Assembly: GCA_964626275.1 (NCBI GenBank)
Contig: CAZVCZ010000001.1
Coordinates: 14,200-65,748 of the forward strand
DNA length: 51,549 bases
Source of the DNA: an uncultured Bifidobacteriaceae bacterium
GTDB taxonomy: Bacteria; Actinomycetota; Actinomycetes; S36-B12
Reading direction: 5' to 3'
Numbering within the stretch: the stretch's first letter is position 1; every line of letters starts with the position of its first letter. The notes below the pieces were generated by a model. That model did no database searches. It was not told the DNA's origin and worked only from the letters and a program-made list of their open reading frames with translations. Shown piece by piece: positions 20,297 to 27,666 of this stretch. The translations under genes and the position numbers were made by a program.

Positions 20297-21049
20297 TTAG
20301 CCGAGGGTGGCGAGGAAGCCCCTCAACCGATCAATGACACGAGGGTGGGCGAACCCCGTCTCAGTGAGTTCGGTCAACTCGATGTCGACCGCGTCGCTGT
20401 GAGGGAGGGCATCCGCCCATGCATGAGCGATGGCGGCGGGATGCAGGGCGTCTCCGGTCACGGCAATGACGAATGTCGGAACTCCCACGGCATTCAGTTC
20501 TTCGACAGTGGGGGCCTGCTGACGGGCTGCGGTGATAAGTGCCGACGAGAGGACTGACGGGTCGTATTGAGCCCAATCCGCGGCCAGGGTCGTAGGAATC
20601 CATCGCAGCGGGGCAGGCGTCTGCGACTCGATTCGACGCAGCGTTTCGGCTACTCCGGATGTCGCAATCTCGCGTCCGGTCGACAAGGTGACCTGAGCCG
20701 TGTGATCGGGAGGTCCGAGCCAGGCCGGCATCGCCACTATGGCATATCGAGGCCACTTCGCCGGATCGGTCCGCAGGAGGGTGGTCATCGCCCCATGCGC
20801 CCCCAGGCTGATTCCACCGATCGCCGATGATGCCCCGCAGCCCCTGGCCAGGTAGCGCTGACCGATCGCGCTCAGGCGCTGCACGTCGCCTGATCGGTCC
20901 TCGTAGCAGGTGAGGTGAACCGACTGATCCCAGCCGAGTCTGAGCAGTGTTCCTAGCATTCTCTCAGCGGTAGAACCGGAGGAACCGGCGCCGTGGAAGA
21001 GCAGGGCACGCGGCCGAAGGACACGGCTCCAGGGGTCCGAGGCTTCCAC
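20297..21049 (-). CDS. Alpha/beta-fold hydrolase
   Basis: It has 'LLFHGAGSSG', the nucleophile elbow 'GISLGA' (GxSxG) and a distal 'GDALHP' His region. 250 aa. Confidence 0.65.
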   Translation of the reverse strand: MEASDPWSRVLRPRALLFHGAGSSGSTAERMLGTLLRLGWDQSVHLTCYEDRSGDVQRLSAIGQRYLARGCGASSAIGGISLGAHGAMTTLLRTDPAKWPRYAIVAMPAWLGPPDHTAQVTLSTGREIATSGVAETLRRIESQTPAPLRWIPTTLAADWAQYDPSVLSSALITAARQQAPTVEELNAVGVPTFVIAVTGDALHPAAIAHAWADALPHSDAVDIELTELTETGFAHPRVIDRLRGFLATLG

Positions 21050-21134
21050 GAGACCCCATCGTCGCAGGTCGGTTCAACACTGTCGTTCTGCCCAGGATGA
21101 TGAATATGCGTCCCCATCCGAATACTGTGGTGGT

Positions 21135-21494
21135 ATGACCGGCTGGATCAGACGTCTCCTGCGTCCTGCTGAAGCTGATGAGGCAACGACCCTGGGCGAC
21201 AAAGTGACCGAGGCAGGCGCAGACCCCATCTCGGCGTGTCAGCGGGGTAGCCGGGTGAGAGTCTGCGGAACGATCCGAAGCATCGCGGTTCGTCCCCAAT
21301 CGAGTTCCCCCAGCCTCGAAGCGGAACTCTATGACGGCTCCGGGCATCTGACCCTGATCTGGATGGGGCGCCGGACCATCCCCGGGATCGAGGTGGGGCG
21401 CACCCTCATCGCCGAGGGAAGGCTCACCTGTCCTGATGGGCAACCGAGGATCTTCAATCCTGAATACTCCCTGTCCCCGATGGCCACCTCGTGA
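21135..21494 (+). CDS. OB-fold nucleic-acid-binding domain protein
   Basis: 'RVRVCGTIRSIAVRP...LEAELYDGSGHLTLIWMGRRTIPGIEVGRTLIAEGRL' is typical of the small actinobacterial OB-fold family. Its stop overlaps the next GTG (GTGA at 21491-21494). Confidence 0.7.
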   Translation: MTGWIRRLLRPAEADEATTLGDKVTEAGADPISACQRGSRVRVCGTIRSIAVRPQSSSPSLEAELYDGSGHLTLIWMGRRTIPGIEVGRTLIAEGRLTCPDGQPRIFNPEYSLSPMATS

Positions 21495-22228
21495 ACCCTG
21501 AACACAGGGACACATCCGACTCCGATGGTCGTGAGTCCGTCGAATCGGGAGGGGAGCACCACCTCGAGCACGAGACCGTCAAGGATGTCGTCGCGGAGCG
21601 AGCTTTACTGGCCCGCGCCATCGGAGGCTGGCGAGGGGTGTTCGACTCCGGTGTTCCCGCTGCGATCTTCGTGACGTCATATCTCATCAGTGGGAGCAAT
21701 CTCAGCCTGTCCCTGTGGTTGGCCATCGGCGCGGGTGCACTGGTGATGATCTGGCGGTTGGTTCGACGGGAAAGCCTGCAGCAGGTGATTGCGGGTTTCG
21801 TCGGGGTGGCGGTATCGGCGTTCGTGGCATCGCGTACTGGACGGGCCGAGGACTTCTTCCTCCCGGGAATCCTCATCAACCTCGCCTACGGATCGGCGTT
21901 CTTGATCTCCATCCTGATCCGATGGCCCTTACTCGGCGTGATCATCGGCTTCATCACCGGTGAAGGTCTGTCCTGGAGATCGCAGCAGTCGCTCCGGCGC
22001 GCGTACGCCGCGGCGAGTTGGATCTGGGTGGGGGTCTTCTCGCTGCGACTGGTGGTGCAGGTGCCGCTGTATCTCGCCGGATGGGTGGGACCCCTCGGCG
22101 TCGCCCGCATCATCCTGGGATGGCCTCTGTTCCTGGCTGCCGCCTATGTCACATACCTAGTACTGCGGCCGGTACTCGCCCGGCACCGTCAGGCGAGCGA
22201 GTCCGGTGAGGGGAACGATTCGGACTAG
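21491..22228 (+). CDS. DUF3159-family integral membrane protein
   Basis: 'IGGWRGVFDSGVPAAIFVTSY' is followed by several transmembrane segments. The gene is translationally coupled to the OB-fold gene. Confidence 0.75.
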   Translation: MNPEHRDTSDSDGRESVESGGEHHLEHETVKDVVAERALLARAIGGWRGVFDSGVPAAIFVTSYLISGSNLSLSLWLAIGAGALVMIWRLVRRESLQQVIAGFVGVAVSAFVASRTGRAEDFFLPGILINLAYGSAFLISILIRWPLLGVIIGFITGEGLSWRSQQSLRRAYAAASWIWVGVFSLRLVVQVPLYLAGWVGPLGVARIILGWPLFLAAAYVTYLVLRPVLARHRQASESGEGNDSD

Positions 22229-22890
22229 TCGCCAGAATCGGCGAGAAGTCGCTGGAGCGCGGGTTCCTGCTCCGGAGCGCAGACGAAGATCAATTCATCC
22301 CCGGCCTCGAGGGTGTCATCGGCAGTCGGGGCGATGACCCGACCGCCACGCACGATCGCAGTGAGAGCGGCATCATTCGGCCACGAGATGGTGCCGACGC
22401 GATGGGCTACGACCGGGGACGACGAGGCGAGGGTGATCTCCACGAGGTCTGCCTGTCCCTGCCGGAAGGTGAAGAGTCGAACGAGGTCCCCGACGCTCAC
22501 GGCTTCCTCGACGAGCGCCGACAGCATCCGTGGAGTGGAGACGGCGACATCAACCCCCCACATCTCGTCGAACATCCACTCGTTCTTCGGGTGGTTGACC
22601 CGAGCGACGACACGGGGTACACCGAATTCGGTCTTGGCGAGCAGGGAGACGACCAGATTGACCTTGTCGTCTCCTGTCGCCGCGACCACAACCTGGCAGT
22701 TTCCAAGATCGGCCTCTTCGAGCGCGGTGATCTCACAAGCATCGGCGTTGAGCATGATGGCGCCACTCACCGACCCCGGTGCCGCAGCGTGTGCGTCACG
22801 GTCGATGACTAAGACTTCATGACCGAACTCGGTGAGTTCCCGGGCGATGCTTCGCCCGACTTTGCCGGCACCGGCAACGACAACCTTCAT
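22225..22890 (-). CDS. trkA: TrkA-family (RCK) potassium-transport regulatory protein
   Basis: It has the Rossmann motif 'MKVVVAGAGKVGRSIAREL' and a C-terminal TrkA-C domain. The start at the ATG at 22890 gives a typical 221-aa protein. The track start at 22950 overlaps the upstream gene. Confidence 0.9.
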   Translation of the reverse strand: MKVVVAGAGKVGRSIARELTEFGHEVLVIDRDAHAAAPGSVSGAIMLNADACEITALEEADLGNCQVVVAATGDDKVNLVVSLLAKTEFGVPRVVARVNHPKNEWMFDEMWGVDVAVSTPRMLSALVEEAVSVGDLVRLFTFRQGQADLVEITLASSSPVVAHRVGTISWPNDAALTAIVRGGRVIAPTADDTLEAGDELIFVCAPEQEPALQRLLADSGD

Positions 22891-22903
22891 GCGCCTGATC
22901 TCC

Positions 22904-23575
22904 TCATGAATCCGGATGATCCGGTGGTGGCTGGCTGAGGACTGCCTCAACCGAACGTAGGCGTTCAGATGTCACCAGAACGTGGAGGAGGTCACCAGAT
23001 TGCAGGACAAGGTTGGACTCTGCGATGTGTGCTCGACCTGTCCGAGTCAGGAATGCCACGCGGGTATCGATGAGTCGTTCGATGGACTCGACGGAGGTGC
23101 CGATCCACCGTTCGTGATAGGCCATCTCCAGCAGTTGGACCGTTCCGGTGGCGTCTCGGTACTCGCTTTCGGATCCCTGGGGGAGGAGGCGCCGGATGAT
23201 CTGTCCCGTCGTCCAGGAGACCGTGGCCACCGTCGGAATACCGAGCCGTTGATAGACCTCGGCGCGACGTGGATCGTAGATTCGCGCCACGACGTTCTCG
23301 ACGCCATACGTTTCACGGGCGGTACGGGCCGCGATGATATTCGTGTTGTCCCCGCTGCTGACGGCGGCGAAAGCGCGGGCGCGTTCGATGCCCGCGGTCT
23401 CCAACGTCTGCCGATCGAATCCCACCCCGGTGACGGTCTCGCCGCTGAACGCGGTGCCGAGTCGACGGAAGGACCGAGCGTCCTGATCCACGATGGACAC
23501 TGAGTGGCCCTCGCTGTCCAGCTGGTCGGCGAGCAGCGCGCCTACGCGCCCACAACCAAGGATGACGATGTGCAC
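22904..23575 (-). CDS. trkA: TrkA-family (RCK) potassium-transport regulatory protein
   Basis: The protein begins 'VHIVILGCGRVGALLADQL' (GxGxxG) and has a TrkA-C domain. The GTG at 23575 is the preferred start. An alternative start lies 21 nt upstream at 23596. Confidence 0.9.
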   Translation of the reverse strand: MHIVILGCGRVGALLADQLDSEGHSVSIVDQDARSFRRLGTAFSGETVTGVGFDRQTLETAGIERARAFAAVSSGDNTNIIAARTARETYGVENVVARIYDPRRAEVYQRLGIPTVATVSWTTGQIIRRLLPQGSESEYRDATGTVQLLEMAYHERWIGTSVESIERLIDTRVAFLTRTGRAHIAESNLVLQSGDLLHVLVTSERLRSVEAVLSQPPPDHPDS

Positions 23576-23652
23576 GAAGCCTGACGTTACACTCACGCTC
23601 CCCTGGGAGGCGATGCGGTGCTGCCACTACGGTCGCCCTAGCATGGTGCGAC

Positions 23653-25632
23653 GTGCCCGTGGTCGACGCTGCCAAGCGCTTGCTGTTCGGCAAAGCGCTG
23701 CGATCGGACGAGGTGGCCCCTCCCCGGTTGCCGAAGTCGATCGCGATGCCGGTCTTCTCCTCCGACGCCATCTCCTCGAACGCCTATGCGACCCAGGAGA
23801 TCCTCATCGTTCTGGCCCTCGGTGGAGCCACCGCGATCAGTTACGGACTGTGGGTGGCGCTTGCGGTGGTTGTCGTGTTCGCCGTCGTCATCGCCTCCTA
23901 TCGACAAAACGTACGGGAGTATCCCGGCGGCGGCGGTGATTACGAGGTTGTCTCGAACAACCTCGGGCGTCGATGGGGTGTGACCGCCGCCAGCGCACTC
24001 CTCATCGACTATGCCCTGACGGTCGCGGTGTCGGTGTCCGCAGCTGTCGCCAATATCGGATCAGTCGCACCCTTCATCGCCCAGCATTCCGTGTGGTGGG
24101 CCCTGGGCCTCATTGTCGCGATCGTCCTGGTGAACCTGCGTGGCTGGGGGAGATCGGGAACCCTCCTCGCCATTCCCACGTACGTGTTCATCCTTGCCAT
24201 CGTGGGGGTCGTGGCCACGGCGGTCGTGAGGATCATGTGGGGCGAAGACCTACGCGCGCCGAGCGCGGATTGGCAGATTGCGGAGACCGAATCACTGTCG
24301 GCACTCGCGCTGGTGTTCCTCGTTGCCCGTGCCTTCTCGTCCGGCACGACTGCACTGACGGGAATCGAGACTGTGTCGAGCGCTGTGCCCACCTTCAAGG
24401 AGCCGGCAGGTCGGAATGCTGCCTCGACCCTGGTGATCGCCGGGGTGATCTCCATGAGCCTGTTCATCTCGATCACCTGGCTGGCACTCCATACCGGGGT
24501 GACCATCGCCGAGGATCCCGCGACGATCATCGGTCTCCCGGATGGCCAGGCGCAACAAACGGTGATCGTCCAGATCGCCTCCGCAGTGTTCGGCAACGCC
24601 ACCTTCCTCGTGGTGATCGTCGCCATCGCGACGCTCCTGATCCTTATCGCAGCGGCGAACACATCCTTCAATGGATTCCCCGTGCTCGGTTCGATCCTGT
24701 CCCGCGATGGCTATCTGCCCAAGCAACTCCACACGAGAGGTGACCGACTTGCCTTCAGCAACGGCATCCTGGTGCTCGGGGGCTTCGCTGCGCTGCTCAC
24801 CATCGCCTTCCAGGCGGACCTCAACTCACTCATCCAGCTCTACATCGTCGGCGTCTTCGTATCGTTCACCCTCACCCAGTTCGGCATGGTCCGGCATTGG
24901 TCGAAGGTCCTGAGCTCGACTGAGGATGGCGTCATCCGGAGGCGCGCATCGCGCGGGCGAGCCATCAACGCGCTCGGTTTCGTCCTCACCGCCGTCGTCC
25001 TTGTTGTCGTGCTGGTCACCAAGTTCAACCGAGGAGCGTGGATCGTCGTCGTCGCACTGCCCGTGCTTGTCGTCGTCATGCTCGGTATCTCACGGCACTA
25101 TGACCGAGTCCGGGCAGAGATCTCCGTCGGTGACGAAGAGAGCATGGCGCTGCCGGCCCGAGTCCACGGTCTCGTTCTGATTTCTCGGCTGCACCGCCCA
25201 GCGCTCCGAGCGCTGGCCTTCGCCCGCGCGACCCGACCGGACACGCTGGAAGCGATCACCGTGAGCGTCGATGGAGAAGAGACCCTGGCGCTGCAGCGGG
25301 ACTGGGAGCGACGACGTATCCCGGTGACGCTGCGCATCCTGGAGTCCCCGTACCGCGGAATCACCCGACCCGTGATCGATTACGTCCAGCGTTTGCGGCG
25401 CGAAGGTCCTCGCGACCTGGTGACGATCTATGTCCCCGAATACGTCGTGGGCCACTGGTGGGAACGGCTGTTGCACAATCGCTCAGGCTTGCGGCTGCGA
25501 ACTCGCTTGCTGCTGACGCCCGGTGTCATGATCGTGAGCGTTCCATGGCAACTATCGTCCAGCGATGATGCGGCGAAGAGATTCGCCCTCCTCGACGATC
25601 TGCTCCTCGAGGAAGAGACCGACCAACCCTGA
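23653..25632 (+). CDS. APC-superfamily permease with a cytoplasmic C-terminal domain; KimA-like K+/H+ symporter candidate
   Basis: 659 aa, about 12 transmembrane segments plus a soluble tail of about 200 aa. The motifs 'FSSDAISSNAYATQEIL', 'YPGGGGDY', 'LLIDYALTVAVS', 'AFSSGTTALTGIE', 'TRGDRLAFSNG' and 'HNRSGLRLRTRL' closely resemble my recollection of B. subtilis KimA. Confidence 0.8.
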   Translation: MPVVDAAKRLLFGKALRSDEVAPPRLPKSIAMPVFSSDAISSNAYATQEILIVLALGGATAISYGLWVALAVVVVFAVVIASYRQNVREYPGGGGDYEVVSNNLGRRWGVTAASALLIDYALTVAVSVSAAVANIGSVAPFIAQHSVWWALGLIVAIVLVNLRGWGRSGTLLAIPTYVFILAIVGVVATAVVRIMWGEDLRAPSADWQIAETESLSALALVFLVARAFSSGTTALTGIETVSSAVPTFKEPAGRNAASTLVIAGVISMSLFISITWLALHTGVTIAEDPATIIGLPDGQAQQTVIVQIASAVFGNATFLVVIVAIATLLILIAAANTSFNGFPVLGSILSRDGYLPKQLHTRGDRLAFSNGILVLGGFAALLTIAFQADLNSLIQLYIVGVFVSFTLTQFGMVRHWSKVLSSTEDGVIRRRASRGRAINALGFVLTAVVLVVVLVTKFNRGAWIVVVALPVLVVVMLGISRHYDRVRAEISVGDEESMALPARVHGLVLISRLHRPALRALAFARATRPDTLEAITVSVDGEETLALQRDWERRRIPVTLRILESPYRGITRPVIDYVQRLRREGPRDLVTIYVPEYVVGHWWERLLHNRSGLRLRTRLLLTPGVMIVSVPWQLSSSDDAAKRFALLDDLLLEEETDQP

Positions 25633-25633
25633 G

Positions 25634-27541
25634 TCAGGCGATATCGGCCGGTGAGGATTCGTCGGGGAAGTACGACTCGTGCCACAGGGCGAGCATGAGC
25701 AGGACGAAAATCTTGCGCGAGTTGTCGGCAACCCCGGCCACATGGTCCGCTGCCAGCTGTTCGATGTAGTCCATATGCATGATGTCGCTTATCAGGGCAC
25801 TTCGACGAATGGGTGCGAGCACGGCATCCGGATCCTGGGCAAGCCACACGCGCAGGGGAGTCGGGAACCCGAGCTTGTCCCGCGCCTCCGTCGTGGTGGG
25901 CACCCGGCCGCGGAAGGCGCGCCGGAGGATCCACTTCGTGGTGCCGTCGCGGTACTTCAGTGAGTCCGATAGATCAGCGGACACGGCTGCGACCTTGGTG
26001 TCCAGATAGGGCACCCTCAGCTCGAGGGAATGAGCCATCGTCATCCGATCCGCCTTGGCCAGGATGTCCCCTCGAAGCCAGAACTCCAGATCGATCAGTT
26101 GCATCCGTCGTGATTCCGGAAGATCGGCGTAGTCCGATCGACGCTCCGCGAGTAGGTCATCGGGGATGACGTGCCCCTGCGGATCTGGGTGCTTGAGAAG
26201 GCGCGAGACCTCATTGGGCTTGAACACGTAGGCGTTGCCGATGAAGCGCGTCCTCAATGGCGTGGCGACGCGCCTCAGGTAATTCTTTCCGGGGAAGGAT
26301 CGGGGGATACGTGCGGCGCTTCGCGCGACTCGACTTCCAAGACGCCCTGGGATCCGCCTCACCCGATCCAGATCGATCGGCTCGCGATAGATCCGGTATC
26401 CGCCGAACAACTCATCGGCCCCCTCGCCCGAGAGCACCACCGTGACATGTTCTCGGGCAGCGCGGGCGACGAAGTAGAGCGCGACGGCGGACGGATCGGC
26501 GACCGGTTCATCGAAAGCCCAGGCGATCGAGGGCAGGACCGACAGATATTCATCGGAGGACACGAGGATTTCGTGATGATCAGTTCCCAGCGAGTCCGCG
26601 ACCTCGCGAGCCTCCGCGAGTTCGCTGACCTCGTCGAATCCGATGGTGAAAGTCTTCACGGGCTCCACGCCGGCATGACGGCGCTGTTCCTGGACGAGCG
26701 TGACCGTGATGGCGCTGTCGATTCCCCCAGATAGAAACGCGCCCACGGGAACGTCGCTGATGACGTGGTGGGCCACCGAGTCCTCGAGTACCTCACGGAC
26801 GCGATGTCGTTGGAGTTCGGCGTCGTCGCTTCCGCTTCCCTCGAACTCATAGCGGAAATAGCGCTCTCGACGGAATGAGCGGTCATCGAGGTTCACATCG
26901 ATGTAGTGGCCGGGGGGAAGGGACCGAATACCCTCGAAGAACGTTTCCTCCAGGGGGTTGTACTGGAATGACAGGTAATTGACGAGAGCTGGTCGGTGAA
27001 CTACCCGAGGAAACTGTGGATCGGTGAGAATCGACTTGATCTCACTGGCGAAGGCCGTGATGGCCGGGGGAGTGAAACCCTCATCGACGGCGTAGTACAT
27101 CGGCTTGATGCCGAATTGATCTCGGGCGATCAGCATCCGCTGTTCGACTCGATCGACGACGGCAAAGCCGAACATGCCGCGCAATCGGTTGAGGGAAGCG
27201 GCAGCCTCATCGAAACCTGAGTGCGCGAAGAGCTTGAGCAGGACTTCCGTGTCACTTCGTGTGGAGAACGCGACACCCTCGGCCGACAATTCGCCTCGAA
27301 GTTCCTCGAAGTTGTAGATCTCCCCGTTGAACACGATGCCGAATCGACCATCCTCGGTCCACATGGGCTGGTGGCCGCCGGCGATATCGATGATGGACAG
27401 CCGACGCATCCCGAAGGCGAAGGTGTCGGCGACATACTCGCCGGAATCATCGGGCCCACGATGGGTGATGACGTCGAGCATCGGCCGCAGACGCGCCGTC
27501 GTCACCTCAACAGGGCCGATCAGACCTGCGACCCCGCACAC
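25634..27541 (-). CDS. asnB: Asparagine synthase (glutamine-hydrolysing), AsnB/LtsA family
   Basis: Placing the start at the GTG at 27541 gives the N-terminus 'M-CGVAGLIG', which supplies the obligatory Cys2 nucleophile of Ntn amidotransferases. The synthetase motif 'FLSGGIDSA' is present. The track start at 27685 adds 48 unsupported residues and overlaps acn. Confidence 0.9.
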   Translation of the reverse strand: MCGVAGLIGPVEVTTARLRPMLDVITHRGPDDSGEYVADTFAFGMRRLSIIDIAGGHQPMWTEDGRFGIVFNGEIYNFEELRGELSAEGVAFSTRSDTEVLLKLFAHSGFDEAAASLNRLRGMFGFAVVDRVEQRMLIARDQFGIKPMYYAVDEGFTPPAITAFASEIKSILTDPQFPRVVHRPALVNYLSFQYNPLEETFFEGIRSLPPGHYIDVNLDDRSFRRERYFRYEFEGSGSDDAELQRHRVREVLEDSVAHHVISDVPVGAFLSGGIDSAITVTLVQEQRRHAGVEPVKTFTIGFDEVSELAEAREVADSLGTDHHEILVSSDEYLSVLPSIAWAFDEPVADPSAVALYFVARAAREHVTVVLSGEGADELFGGYRIYREPIDLDRVRRIPGRLGSRVARSAARIPRSFPGKNYLRRVATPLRTRFIGNAYVFKPNEVSRLLKHPDPQGHVIPDDLLAERRSDYADLPESRRMQLIDLEFWLRGDILAKADRMTMAHSLELRVPYLDTKVAAVSADLSDSLKYRDGTTKWILRRAFRGRVPTTTEARDKLGFPTPLRVWLAQDPDAVLAPIRRSALISDIMHMDYIEQLAADHVAGVADNSRKIFVLLMLALWHESYFPDESSPADIA

Positions 27542-27628
27542 GGTTCCTCCACTTCCTCGCTCGGCTGCAGCCCGTGCGACGCTAGCACCGGTGACGGCAC
27601 CGGAGGCGGCGACATGACGTGAGGGCGG

Positions 27629-27646
27629 TATCTTGACGTCGAGATA
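27629..27646. promoter_or_regulatory. 18-bp palindrome TATCTTGACGTCGAGATA (one T/G mismatch pair) 20 nt upstream of the acn start codon
   Basis: Read directly from the sequence. It overlaps an A/T-rich -10-like GATAAT (27642-27647) and lies just upstream of the GGGAGG RBS (27656-27661). It is an operator or 5' hairpin candidate. Confidence 0.35.
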
Positions 27647-27666
27647 ATTCGACCTGGGAGGCAGTA

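Noticed and set aside
23576-23652. Possible c-di-AMP (ydaO-type) riboswitch upstream of the KimA-like permease or the trkA genes
   Set aside because: The divergent gap is only 56-77 nt depending on which trkA start is used. That is far too short for this riboswitch class, and I see no conserved pseudo-symmetric structure.
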